A stretch of DNA of 64,000 nucleotides, taken from Selaginella moellendorffii (Eukaryota; Plantae; Lycopodiophyta). Where the stretch lies: positions 744,001 through 808,000 of the forward strand of contig NW_003314332.1 in the NCBI RefSeq assembly GCF_000143415.4. The letters are read 5' to 3'. The notes under the pieces are model-generated. The model made no database searches and was not told the DNA's origin. It was given only the letters and a program-made list of their open reading frames with translations. Shown here piece by piece: positions 36,443 to 48,534 of this stretch (position 1 is its first letter; each line of letters starts with the position of its first letter). Both the position numbers and the translations under genes were made by a program.

Positions 36443-38230
36443 TTAGCCAATGGGACGCATTCGCGGCAAAATACCAGCCAATGGCTGCCGAGGAAACGGA
36501 TTAAGCGTTGGAGGCTGGGCTTGAACCTTGGACCAGCCACTTGATTTTGCGCTGTTTAGCAAGCATCTCCATTGGAAGCCGTCCGGCTCAAATGGCATGC
36601 TTTGTATCAAATCCTTGGCGTCTTGGACATGCCCGGCACGCCCCAGCATGTCAACCAGGCAGCAGTAGTGCTCTCTCGTGGCCGCAATCCCGCAATCGCA
36701 CACCATCACGTCGAAGCAGCGCCTTCCCGTGGTGGACTTCCCAGTGTGGCTGCAAGCAATGAACACGGAGACGAAGCACCCTTGATCCACAGCCATGCCG
36801 GCCGCCATCATCTCGTGAAGCACACGAAACGCTCCACTGGGCTGTCCATTGCGGGCATAAGCCGAGAGTGTCGCACTCCATGATGCAGCATTGCATTGAG
36901 GCATGGAATCAAACACACGGCGTGCTGTCTCCACTTGCCCGTTCTGGGCATGTGCAGCTAAGATAGAGTTCCACGACACCACGTCCCTGTGGGGCATACT
37001 GCCGAACAGGGAAACAGCCTCCGCTAAATACCCACCCTGAAAGAAAGCAGCCAACATTGCGTTCCAAGCCACCGCATCCCTCTGTGGCATTGTGTCAAAC
37101 GTGAACTTTGCTGCCTCTACAAGACTTCTGGAACCATATGCTGCAAGCATGGTTGTCCACGATACCATGTCCCTCTCCGGCATCCCATGACTAAACAAGA
37201 GCTCAACAATGGTCACTCGTCGAGCTGCTGCCGCTCGCAACATCAACATTGCATTGAGTGATACCAAATTTGTCACTGGCATCTCCTCGAATAAGCGCTC
37301 GGCAGAGTCAACATTCCCCGCCTGGGCGTAAGCTACTAGCATGGCAGTCCACGACACCACGTCTCGCTGAGGCATCATATCGAACACCTTCCTGGCTTGT
37401 GAAATATCACCACTTTGGCTATATGTCACCAGTAGTGTCGTCCACGACACAAGATCCCTCTCGGGCATCTGCGGGAAGAGGATGGCGGGCTCTGAGGATG
37501 CCGTTAGCATTGCATTCCATGCAACCAGATTGGTTTCGGGCATGAGCCACTGAAAAAAGTGCGCCGCTTGGCTTGGTTCACCCAGATGCAAGTACGCGGA
37601 CAACATTGTTGTCCACGATACAATGTCTCGCACTGGCGCTCCATCAAACACCGCCTTGGCTCGCTCCAACTCCCCGTTGCGGCCATACACATCCAACATG
37701 GAGTTCCAGGACACAAGGTCCGGCTTTGGCATGCAATCGAACAGCGTCGCAGCAGCCTGCACGAGCCCGCCGCGCGCAAGGGCCGTGAGCATTGTGTTCC
37801 AAGAGGTCTGGTTTCGCTGGGGCATGCTATCAAACAAGAGTTTTGCATCTGCAAGCCATCCATTCCGGGCGTACGCTGCGAGCATTGCATTCCAGGAGAC
37901 GACGTCCCGCTGCAGCATGGCATCAAAGAGCTGTTTTGCTTGACCCACAAGGCCATACTGGATGTAAACGCTCATCATGGCGTTCCAAGCAACTACGCTC
38001 TTATCCGGCATCCTTTCAAACAGCTCTATCGCATGCTGCAGTTGCCCGTTCCGGGCAAACGCACACAACATCAACACCCAGGTAAAGCAGTTCTTGTGCT
38101 CGGCGGCTTGAAATGTTTCTTGAGCATCCGCCAGCCTTCCAGACTTCCCATGCATTTCAATGAGCTTGTTGGTCACAAATGTAGATTCTGGTTCTCCGCA
38201 GCTGCCGGAGGTACCTTGAGGTCCAAGCAT
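36443..38230 (-). CDS. PLS-E PPR protein (S-repeat rich)
   Basis: About 14 MPxRDvvSW repeats and [13 protein letters not shown]...MPFEP. No DYW domain. Confidence 0.85.
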   Translation of the reverse strand: MLGPQGTSGSCGEPESTFVTNKLIEMHGKSGRLADAQETFQAAEHKNCFTWVLMLCAFARNGQLQHAIELFERMPDKSVVAWNAMMSVYIQYGLVGQAKQLFDAMLQRDVVSWNAMLAAYARNGWLADAKLLFDSMPQRNQTSWNTMLTALARGGLVQAAATLFDCMPKPDLVSWNSMLDVYGRNGELERAKAVFDGAPVRDIVSWTTMLSAYLHLGEPSQAAHFFQWLMPETNLVAWNAMLTASSEPAILFPQMPERDLVSWTTLLVTYSQSGDISQARKVFDMMPQRDVVSWTAMLVAYAQAGNVDSAERLFEEMPVTNLVSLNAMLMLRAAAARRVTIVELLFSHGMPERDMVSWTTMLAAYGSRSLVEAAKFTFDTMPQRDAVAWNAMLAAFFQGGYLAEAVSLFGSMPHRDVVSWNSILAAHAQNGQVETARRVFDSMPQCNAASWSATLSAYARNGQPSGAFRVLHEMMAAGMAVDQGCFVSVFIACSHTGKSTTGRRCFDVMVCDCGIAATREHYCCLVDMLGRAGHVQDAKDLIQSMPFEPDGFQWRCLLNSAKSSGWSKVQAQPPTLNPFPRQPLAGILPRMRPIG

Positions 38231-38232
38231 GC

Positions 38233-39330
38233 CTACGATGATGCATCATCAAAGGCAAACTGCATGTAGAGATTGGATAGCTGGACGTAAGGAAATGAGT
38301 CCTCCAGCGCTAGTGGATCGTCACTTTCCATAATGGCAGAAATGGCATAGTCCACCGCTCCGATAGCGTCGCCCTGCGTGTTACTGGCCGCAAGCATCGC
38401 CTTCCACGCGACAACGTTGGGCTCAAATGGCATTGTGTGGAGCAGCTCCTGCGCATCTTTCAAGAGGCCGGCGCGGCTTAAAGCGTCAGCCACGCAGAAG
38501 TAGTGGGCTGCGGAAGGCTGGACGCTGCCACTATGGAAACAAACAGCTGCCGGGCAATCTCTGCGGCGCCCATTCGGCTGCATGCCATCATTGCGAAACC
38601 TCGTCGGTGATCCAGCCTTCCAGGCCCATCTCCCCAAACAACTACAACGCGTCCTCTCCATATACGCAGCCCAGTTCCTTGACATAACCCTGCCGGGCAC
38701 ACAGCACCGTGTTCCAGGACACTAGAGCCGTTTCTGGCATCGCAACAACCATGCTCTCCACAGCAAGAACGCTGTTGAAACCATCCTCATTGCAGTGATA
38801 GTTTACATGTGGATTGAGAAGTGCATTGAAGCAGCACAAACTGTGCTGTGGCAAGCAGTCAAAGAGGGCTTTAGTCGTTTGCAAGTCCCTAACACGGGCA
38901 AAAGCGGACATGAGAACAATCCACCAACAATGTCCTTCTGCAGCATCTTGTTGAACAGCATACTTATCTCACCAAGATCTTCATTCCGAGCATGACAGTC
39001 TCACATTGTCGTCCATGAAACGGCCGTGGGGCACGGGAGCATGTCAAGCAAAGCTTGGGCGGCTTGCATTTGTCCGGCCTGGGAAAATCTAAAAATTAAA
39101 ATCATAGCGTTCCAGAATCCCTCTCGGGCATTTGCTCAAACGCCTTCTCTGCGTCCAGGACATGAGAGAAAATGCGCAAGCCAACGCAGTCCACGTCCAT
39201 ATATCTCTCTGAGACCAGCAATCAAACAGGTGTTGCAGGCATTTGCTTCCAGAAGAATGAGAAGACGTTGGGTTGTTGTATGGTTATATGCGTGTGTTCT
39301 CCAAGCTGCCACTTGCCATACATGTCAACA
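38233..39330 (-). pseudogene. Frameshifted PLS-E PPR pseudogene
   Basis: HYFCVADALSRAG...MPFEPNVVAW...YVQLSNLY plus broken repeats in several frames. Confidence 0.8.
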
Positions 39331-39660
39331 AACACCAACAAGATGCACTAACATCATCTTCGTCAAGACTCACAAAACAAAATATCAATATTTGATTATA
39401 GCTGAAAGATTGGTCTTGGCATATTCCACTAAGCCAGAATGGTTTAGATTGTCTTTCCATGTAGGAAGGAATTCTCTCTTTTCTGTTTCTCCCCATTACT
39501 TCGTGTTTCTTCATCTCCCTCGTTTCTCCTCTTTCCTGGCGCAAATCAGTCGTGTTTCCCACATATCTTAATATTTGGCCTTTTCTCTAGGACTTCCTCG
39601 ACAAATGCAACTAACTCGGGTTGATGGTGTAGTAAAATTTTTGAGCATGAAGGTATTGAT

Positions 39661-40070
39661 CTCTCATCATAACATTGAGTGTGTAATTTGTAATTTATCT
39701 TATGAAACTAGGATGTGGGAAAAAAGTTATGATGGTGGAAACATTCCTTATATTAAAAGAAGAATTTAATTCCCACTTAGAGTCCATTGTTGGGATTAGA
39801 GTGTACAACTGAAGAGATCTCGAAATCATTTTTGATTTGGCAAACAAAGGAAGTGTGGAGGAGCAACACTCTCCAGTACTACTAATTTAGTTTTTGCACG
39901 TTGGCAATTTTAATGCCTGCTTTGATGTCTGCCCCCAGGGTCATCACCTTCTTCATCTAAGTGGGAGTTGAATTCTTCCTTTAAGATGAGCAATGCTTCC
40001 ATCATCAAAACTTACTCTCACATCTTAGTTTTGCAAGACTGCACATCTTGTAACTTAATGTTATCATGAG
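39661..40070. repeat. Imperfect inverted repeat (arms about 120 bp)
   Basis: 39661-39781 resembles the reverse complement of 39956-40070. Confidence 0.7.
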
Positions 40071-40412
40071 AAATATGTTTCAAGTCCATTCCTTCAATAT
40101 CTTCATTTGCGATGATTTCATCATGTTCCGAGCCAGCTGTGTTCAACATGCTCGGTGATCTCATCCATACCTATAGCCATTGCCATTGCCATTGAAAACA
40201 TTACCCTAAAATACAATCTGATCTTGGAGACAATATTCAAGATCAAATGCAACCACCTGAAACTGATGCTGTCATGCATTCCTCTTGCTGCTCATGAAGG
40301 CTAGCCTTCCATTTGTTGATCAAACCATTGAGCATTTCAAACAGAAGCTCATCCAAATGAAGGCATTAATAGATCGTTCTTAGATGCAGCGTACACTGGG
40401 GTTATGAAGATG

Positions 40413-41036
40413 TCGATGCCCGTGGAACCTCGTGTCATGGAACACCTTGCTCCAGGCGGTGGTGGCGACGAAGATAATTGCCAGGAGCGAGATCGCGGTG
40501 GACTGGTAGCAGCACAGCGCCTGTTCGACGCAATCATTCCGATCGTAACAGTCTAACATTGTCGTCCATGAAACGCCCGTGGGGCACGGGAGCTTGTCAA
40601 GCAAAGCTTGGGCGGCTTGCACTAACAAAAGCTAAAATCATAACATTCCACAACACGGAATCCCTTTCGGGCATTTGCTCTCTGCGTCCAGGACACGGGA
40701 CCCGGACTGAATAAATGTGCAAACCAACGCGGTCCACGTCCATGCATCTCGCTCAGGCAAGCGATCAAATAGGAGCTTTGTCTCTTCAAGCTGCCCGTTG
40801 TGGGCATTTGCTTCCAGAAAAATGTTCCACGAGAAGACGTTGGGGCGTTGTATGATTGCAAACACAGTGCGCACATTCTCCAAACTGCTGCACTTGCCAT
40901 GCATGTCAACAAGGAGATTGGACAAATATCTGTCCAACAACACATTCCACCAAGCGCGATGGCATCTTCCGAGCTCTTGGTATTTCCAGCGTTTCGGATC
41001 AGGCGAGTTATGTGACACATAAGAATCTGCTCTCAT
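40413..41036 (-). pseudogene. Chimeric PPR pseudogene
   Basis: LLVDMHGKCSSL...PNVFSWN...LPERDAWTW with frameshifts. 40557-40693 duplicates 39005-39160. 40413-40531 (+) copies 42843-42984. Confidence 0.8.
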
Positions 41037-41089
41037 TTGATTATTTATTTATTACCATCTGCCTACTTAGTTGTACAGGCAATTCAATT

Positions 41090-42125
41090 TTATGTCGCTT
41101 TGATCGGTTTCAGGTCTGCTTCTACGAAGAGCAAACACAGAGGCCTCAGTTGTTTCTCAATCACCTGCAAGGTGAGAAGATTAAGATTGATTTGCAGTGA
41201 TTACAACCCACCTGATTATAGCCCGGACTATTATAAAATTGTGCTACAGCATTCTCTGGAAAGTGTTCAAGTTATGTTATAATGTGCAAGAAGGTTTCTA
41301 GTTTACCTGATGCCAGGCGCGCAACAAATGCATGAGAATAAAGAACGTCTCGGTCATAAAGATTTTTGCCTAGACCAAATCCAAGATACCAGTGTTAGAA
41401 CGACTACTTGTACGTAAGATTTTCTCAACTCACCAACTGTTGTTTGCAAGACAATTGAAGGCATGGATACAGATAGACCCTTCAAGGATTCAAGCACACT
41501 TTGAATCTGTGCATGGCTTACGCCCAGATTAAATCTGAACATAGCCATGTGGATGATCTCGTTTGGAAAGTTCTGCACAAATACAAATTGCATGTCAGAT
41601 ATTAATGACATTGAAAACCTTCCTGCCTGAGCTGAATCGCCATTTACAACCGTGTTGTAGTCCACACTGTCTTCACCCTGCAAATATCACAAGTAAGGAA
41701 CAAAACATGAGGCGCACAGCTAGCCTACCCGAAGATAAGGGATCTGAGGCAGCACGGCCAATGCGAACTGTTTCGAGAAGTAGTATTGCAGCAAGGTTCC
41801 TTGATCCGGGAAGCGAGCAAAGAGACCATGGGTGAACCCGTCGACATCTTTGAGTAGTCGGCCTGCAAAATAGAAGAAGAGAACTTAGTGGGGAGGAGCC
41901 GAAAGATGTGGGCCTCGAATTGCTACCTGTGAAGAGTGTAATCACCCCCGGAAATGTCCTGAGACTGTCCAAACTGTTGAGCACCTTCGCCTCGGCAGAA
42001 GTGTTGGATTTGAGACCAGGCATCTTGAACAAGACAGGGTGGTCCAATAGGCCACTTGAACTCGTTGCAAAACCGATCAGCAACATAAGCAACGAAGCCA
42101 GGAGCTTAGTCATGACAAGATCCAT
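41090..42125 (-). CDS. Stress-responsive A/B barrel (two Dabb domains) protein with signal peptide
   Basis: HPVLFK...GFTHGLFARF and IIHMAMFRF...YSHAFVARL. About seven exons, including a probable GC-AG intron 41626-41573. Confidence 0.78.
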
Positions 42126-42262
42126 TGTTGTGATAGCACTGAGCTCCAAGTACCTACACAAGCAAGAAACGGGACGAGACACAGAAAAGTCGCCTTTCTG
42201 GCATTGTTAGGTGAGCAAACAAGTAGAACTCGTTAGAGAGATGGCTTGATGAGGCACGCCGA

Positions 42263-44017
42263 ATGTCGACCTTGTCCACAGTTGCACGTACTGCGCAGCT
42301 GCTCCGGAATGCGTCGAGTGTGTCAGAAGTGAAGCGCATTGCCGACATGGCGCAGAGCGGCGACAATGCGTGGTCGGAGGAGAGTCGAACCTACCTGGCC
42401 AACCTCGCCGTCCACATGCACGCCAAGCTGGGAAGCACAGAGGATGCCGCGCAGGCATTTGCCGGAATCAGGCAGCCCAATGTCTTCTCCTGCAACATGA
42501 TGCTCGCAGCATACGCCCGCAATGGCCAAGTTGAGCCCGCGCGGCAAATGTACGAGTGGATGCATGAGAGAGGTGTTGCGCCGGACGTGGTGTCCGGCTC
42601 CTGCCTGGTGCGTGCTGCTGCCCAGGCCGGGGATGTGGAGCAAGCCAAGCGCTTGTTTGACTCGTTGCCTGCTTGGGACATGGTCACCTGGAACGTCCTG
42701 CTTGCTGCATATGGCGACTGCGGCCACTGCAGCGACGCCAAGCGCCTCTTTGACACCATGCCCAGCCGCGACATTGTGTCGTGGACCACCCTCCTCCATG
42801 CTTTTGCCCAGCACGGGGACCTGGCGGCAGCGCAGGCCCTGTTCGATGCCATGCCCGCGCGGAACCTCGTGTCGTGGAACACCTTGCTCCAGGCGGTGGT
42901 GGCGGCAACACTTGACGAAGATGATTGCGAGGAGCGAGATCGTGGTGGTGCTGCACTGGTAGCAGCACAGCGCCTGTTCGACGCCATGCCTGCCATGGAC
43001 GCAGTGTCCAGCACGGCCCTTATCTCGGCCTATGGCTCTGTAGGCGACCTGGCAAGCGCACGAGCTGTGTTCGATGCCATGCCCGTGTTGCACCGGGACG
43101 TGGTCGCCTGGAATGCCATCATTTCCGCGCATGCCCGCATTAACGACCTTCCCACCGCCCGCCGTCTCTTTGATTCCATGCCACACCGCGACACTGCGTC
43201 TCACAACACGATGGTGATGGCATATGCCGCAACTGGGCATGTGGAGGAGGCCAAGAACATGTTTGATACCGCTCTTCTTGTGAACATGGTGTCATGGAAC
43301 TCCATGCTGCAAACGTATGCAACGCACTTGGACCTCGCGGACGTTCTCTCGCTCTTTAAGCGCCTCCCCACCCGCGACGTTGTGTCGTGGACCATACTTG
43401 TTGCAGCAATTGCCCGAAGCGGGGATATGCAGTGGTCGCAGGGCGTCGTGTTTAGCGCCATGCCCGCCCGAGCACTCGTGTCGTGGAACGCGTTGCTGGC
43501 GGGGTATGCGCAGGCGGGGCGCGTGGAGCGCGTGAATGCATTGTTTGCCACTTTGCCCGAAGCCGACGTTGTCACCTGGAGCGTGGCCATGGCCGCCAAC
43601 GCAAACTCCCCAGACCACACTGGCGACTCGTGCCGGCTGCTGCACACCATGGCGTGCCACGGCCTGCAACCCAACGCTTGCAGCTTCCTGGCCCTCCTCA
43701 CAGCCTACTCCAACCTCGCGCTCCTCCGCCCCGCCTGGAGGCTTTTCCTGTCCATGGTGGCCGACTTCCGCGCCCCGGCGGCGAGGGAGCACTACTGCGC
43801 CATGGTGGCGCTCCTGGCGCGGGCGGGGCGGCTTGACCAGGCGGAGGAGTTGATGGAGAGCATGCCGTTCGTGCCCGACGCGTCCGGGTGGGGCGCCCTG
43901 GTGTGGAGCTACAGGGCGGAGGCGAGGCGCGGCGCCGGTGGAGCAGCGAAGGCTTTGCTGCTTGGCGAGGAGGCCGAAGCGCTGGCCCTCGCCTCGCAAA
44001 TGCTGGCGCCGTGCTAG
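42263..44017 (+). CDS. PLS-E PPR protein
   Basis: MPSRDIVSW-type repeats and EHYCAMVALLARAG...MPFVPD. Short E domain. Confidence 0.88.
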   Translation: MSTLSTVARTAQLLRNASSVSEVKRIADMAQSGDNAWSEESRTYLANLAVHMHAKLGSTEDAAQAFAGIRQPNVFSCNMMLAAYARNGQVEPARQMYEWMHERGVAPDVVSGSCLVRAAAQAGDVEQAKRLFDSLPAWDMVTWNVLLAAYGDCGHCSDAKRLFDTMPSRDIVSWTTLLHAFAQHGDLAAAQALFDAMPARNLVSWNTLLQAVVAATLDEDDCEERDRGGAALVAAQRLFDAMPAMDAVSSTALISAYGSVGDLASARAVFDAMPVLHRDVVAWNAIISAHARINDLPTARRLFDSMPHRDTASHNTMVMAYAATGHVEEAKNMFDTALLVNMVSWNSMLQTYATHLDLADVLSLFKRLPTRDVVSWTILVAAIARSGDMQWSQGVVFSAMPARALVSWNALLAGYAQAGRVERVNALFATLPEADVVTWSVAMAANANSPDHTGDSCRLLHTMACHGLQPNACSFLALLTAYSNLALLRPAWRLFLSMVADFRAPAAREHYCAMVALLARAGRLDQAEELMESMPFVPDASGWGALVWSYRAEARRGAGGAAKALLLGEEAEALALASQMLAPC

Positions 44018-44230
44018 AAATGACTGACTGACGGAGCGCCGTTAGGGTTTCCAGGCGCGAAGGGAAAGGGTTGGGCGACCTTGGCCCAGCGCGGCATTGG
44101 GTAGGGCGGCATCGCCATCGGCATTGTCGCCATTGTCAAGGGCAGTCGTGCGCATCGCATCGCATCGCATCAGGTGCTTGTTGCTTGACCGAGCTTGGTT
44201 GCGAATCGGGATGCCCTGACTCTCTCCGAG

Positions 44231-46509
44231 ATGTGCATTCTGTGTGTGGCGTCGAGGTGGTCACGGCGCATCGTCACTATGCTGCCGTGGCTCATCTTCC
44301 CGCTCGTGCTGGTGTGGACGCTCTCGCAGCTCCTGCCACCCGGGCTGAGGTTCGAGATCACGTCCCCCCGGCTGGCGTGCGTGGGCGTGCTGCTGCTCAG
44401 CCTCGCCTGGTACGAGTTCTTCATGCCCCGGCTGTCCGAGTGGCGCACCCGCCGGAGCCTGGTGCTCCACGAGAAGAGGAAGATCGAGGCGCAGGAGGCG
44501 GCCAAGTGGAGGAAGGAGGCGGTGCGAAAGTGTAGGAACTGCTTCATGGCCTACAAGGACCAGAAGCCACAGCTGGGCGGCAAGTTCATGTGTACCTTCT
44601 GCGGCCACCTCTCCAAGCGCCCCGCTCTCGACGTCCCCGCGGGGGGCATGCCCGTCAACCGCTACATTGGCAGCGGCAGGAAGGAGTTGAGGATGCAAGG
44701 GAGGCGGAGCTGGAGCCAGGACGTGTGGCCCGGCGTATGGATGTCCGCCAGCGACAAGTGTGTCATCGGCGCCCAGACCTCGGGGCTGCTCATCGTCTTC
44801 CGCCTCGTCTCCTTCGTCGGCTACTGCCTGTGGTGGGCGCTCTCCAGGCTGTGGAGTGGGGGGATTATGTCCGACGCGGACAGCTCCCGGACGGACAGGA
44901 AAGCCGGGCACCGGAAAGGCGACGATGGGAGTGGCCAGGAGAGCAAAGTTGACAGGGTGAGGCGCAAGGCGGAAGAGAAGCGGCTGGCTAGGCTAGAGAA
45001 GGAACAGATGGAGGCCGAGGAGAGAATGCAACGGGAGGAAGTAGCCAGGCTTGTAGACGAGCGCAGAAGGCAGAGGGCCGATGCTCAGAAAGACAACAAG
45101 ATGGCTGACGAGGTCGGGAGTAGTGACGAGCAGGCCCAACGTCGGAAGCAGGAGAAAGCCGGTGGCGACAGAGGCAAAGACTCGTGGAAGTCAAGGAGCG
45201 GGGCTGTTGCTCTCGAGGATCCAAGAAAGGCCAGGGACAAGAACAAGAGAGACAAGAGGCCCGATGCTGCCAGGCCCGTCGTCGTCGTCGAGCCTGGGCT
45301 GGCCAAGACTGAGACGATCAAAGCAGTGAAGTCATCCGTGGCCGTAGCCAAGCCGGTTGTTGTTTGCCCGGTCACGAAGCAGCAGTTGATGAAAGTCAAG
45401 GCGTCGGTGTTGAAAAAGCAGGACAAGCATGTTGTGTCCGCGACGGCAATAGCTGGTACCACCTCGTCAAGCAAAGCGAACGCAAATGAAGGAGTGGCGC
45501 GTAAGCCATCCGCGTGGAACCGGATCTCTTGGGCGTGGGGTAAAGGAAGTGGCACAAGGATGACCAAGCACCACCAGAGTATCAGTGAGGTTCGTAACCT
45601 GTTCTTCACTCCGTTGCTTTCAAGTGACACGGGTAATCGTTGTCTGCTCAGGTCCAAGGCTTGGATGCTTCAACTAGCACATCTCCTGACGTCGACGGCG
45701 TCCCGCCATCGCCATCACCATCACCTGCTCTAGTTGAGGCTGATCTGCAAGCGCTTCACGACAGCGCCTCCTTGGCTAGTCCCCGCGCGTGCAAGAACGA
45801 AACCGCCGGCCTGTCACCAGTCGACGATTGCCCTCCTCCTCCTTCCCCGTCCCAGTCCGTCTACTCGACGTTCATGGCCAGTGTTCCAGATGCACAACCG
45901 GCTTATGACAGATGGGTGGCTAGTGACTTGGCTCCCAAGTCGACGTGGAAAATGTGGGAGGCACCCAACCTCGATCTTCCGAGGCTTACTCAGTGCATCA
46001 ACGGCGTGGGTCCAGTGTCGTCCCAGCCCAGCGGTGACCTGGCATCGTCATTCCTAACCAGCGGCCCGGTCGGCATCGTCCCGAGCGTCCCCATCACCAA
46101 TAACCTGTGGTCCAACTATCATGCATTCGAGTCTGCAAGACGGATATGGGAGGATGACTTGCAGTCGGAGGTGACTCCGCCCGAGTTTGTGGATTGTATC
46201 ACGCAAGAGGTTATGAAGGACCCAGTTATTGCGGCCGATGGGCATTCTTACGAGCGCTCAGCGATCGAAGCGTGGCTCAAGTAAGTCTTGTTCTTCCTTT
46301 GTTGGTGCTGTACTAACGCTCCAAAGGGACGTCTTCTTTTGGTCGCCAGGACGCATGATACATCCCCCAAGACGGGAGAAGTGTTACCTTCTCTAGGCAG
46401 CAGCGGCGGCGGAGTTGATAAGTCATTGCGGCCGAACCACAACCTGAGGGGCCAAATCATCGAGTACAAAGAATGCATGCAACGAGGGTATGGTGCATTG
46501 TTTTGGTGA
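44231..46509 (+). CDS. NST1-like membrane/coiled-coil protein with a C-terminal U-box
   Basis: MCILCV..WSRR..TMLPWL...[12 protein letters not shown]...CRNC...FMCTFCGH N-terminus. Introns 45590-45651 and 46281-46349 join in frame to [43 protein letters not shown]...LRPNHNLR. Confidence 0.85.
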
Positions 46510-46694
46510 TCTCAACTTGGCTTATTCGTGTCCTCCACCCAGGTTAGTGCCTGCCGCCAGTGGTGCTGCCGGGTGGCAGCAGCCGGCCGCCACAGAAGCG
46601 GTGAGAAAGGGTCATGTTGGGGGCCTCTACACACCTCCTCCTGGGCTGGGATCAGTGTGGGCATATAGCAGCACCACCAATATCTCCTAGCCTG

Positions 46695-46722
46695 CCTTGG
46701 CCTGGCCTGGCCTGGCCTGGCC
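46695..46722. repeat. (GGCCT)n pentanucleotide repeat
   Basis: Direct observation. Confidence 0.85.
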
Positions 46723-46797
46723 GTAAACTCTTCTACCTAATAAGCTAAGTCTTTGTTTCCTCGTCTCTCCTTTGCTAGGCCTAGGTTGTGTCATGCC

Positions 46798-48521
46798 ATG
46801 CGGCTGCTTGGCTTCCTCGCGTCTGTTGCCGCTGCTGCGTCGTTCGGCCGAGGGCGAGGGCGAGGGCGATGGCAAGGAGGGGAATGTGGCTTGTATGTGC
46901 ACGCCAGCACCCCGTCGCCCACGACCTGTTGGAGCCGGGGGATCAGCGTGCTCAACTACATCGTCCCCAAGAAGAAGAAAGGCGTCAGGCCTCGCTTCTG
47001 CCTCACGCGGCTCAAGAAGAGGAGGATCATCGGCAACCTGGTGAAGCGGTCCAAGAGGCATACGTGGACGAGCAAGAGGAGGCTGGCGATGGAAGTGGAT
47101 GCCGTCAAACAGGTGGAGGAGGAGGAGAAGAGGAGGAGGAGGGCCGTAGAGGACAGGCCCCTGCTGCTGCAGCTGAGAAGGCAGCAGCAGAGGGCGGGCC
47201 GGGTGCGGAGGATTCTGGGCGAGCAAAGGACCTTTGCAGACAAGGCCGCCGACGTGTATGCCGAGCTCATTCGCCTGAGAGCAGCAGGCAAGCCATTGTC
47301 CCAGCTGAGCTACGACGGCATTGAGAGGTGGTTCAAGAGTGACACCGCTGCTTTCGCGGGCCAGAGGAGTGCGGAACCCGGCAGGGCACAAGTTGCGTCG
47401 GCACTGGAATCCAACGGGAGCGTGTTTCATGGCCTGGGGTGGCTGGGCAGGGGAAGGTGGAACGTTCACACCACGACGATAGACGATGCTGGAGTGTGCC
47501 GGAGGTGTCACGAGCAGCTGTCCACGTACAAGACCGACGCACAAGAGGCGGACAAGTTCGCCCGTCACATGGTGAACCTCGCCTCCAAGAGCGTCCATCG
47601 CTTGCATTTCGACATGTTCTCGGTGAGCCAGCTTCCTCTCCCCACCCCTGTCTGTGAGTGACGACGCTCTTTTCCAAAGGATTGGATGCACCTCACCTCG
47701 TACGACGCCATCCTGGACGGTCTAAGCTTGCGACGCTGCAACGTTGACTCGCGCCTCAAGCTCGTCAGGAGCGCAACCTTCCACGACATTGTGCGTTACG
47801 TTACAGAAAGAGTGTCGCTCCTGCTGCTCACTGGCCCATGTCTGCCTTGCAGTTGAAATCAGCGGTGGAGGAGCTGCGAATGCGGTCCCTCAAGTTCTTG
47901 GTTGTGCTCGACACCGAGGGAGCTCATGCAAACGGGAACTCACCGGTGGCTGGGGATCCCAAGCTGTTTCTGTACCAGCTGAAACAAGACAAGGAGCTCT
48001 ACACGGTGCCCAAGGGAGTGGACTCGACCTGGTAGTGGTACCTTCCAGCCTTTTATTTCAGTGGTTGTTATGTTCTTTGCTCCCCAAGGCTTGCCCTCTA
48101 TGCTGCCATGAAGCACGGATGCATGCTGCTCACCAACGACACCCTGGAGAAGCCGAGAAAGCTATACCCAGGCATGTTCTTACCCAAGTGGATGGAGAGG
48201 CATCAGGTTTGTCTTTCATTCATGCTGATTTTTTATCGTCTGCTCCATTTGCGCTTGCAGGTTCGTTTTGATCTTCCAATTCAGTTGTCATGGCCGCCAG
48301 CTTATTCGGTGGCGATCCAGGTTGGTTTGCCTGCAATTGTTTCATTTCACCGCCATTTATCCGAGTCTGCTTTTTTCTTCCAGGAGTCTCTGGAGGGCTC
48401 GTGGCATGTTCCCAGCTACAGCGCTCATGATCTGACACAACCTAGGCCGTGGCTATGCATCACGCGGCCAAGAAAGCTGGTCTACGAAAATAACACAACG
48501 CGGGTGGTAACCATCTCCTAA
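46798..48521 (+). CDS. PRORP-like (protein-only RNase P family) with degenerate NYN active site
   Basis: GVCRRC, YDAILDG, LYTVPKG..W..LYAA, LLTND, KWMERHQVRF, PPAYSVAIQES..GSWHVP and WLCITR. Five introns. Confidence 0.85.
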
Positions 48522-48534
48522 CCTTTGAAGCTAG

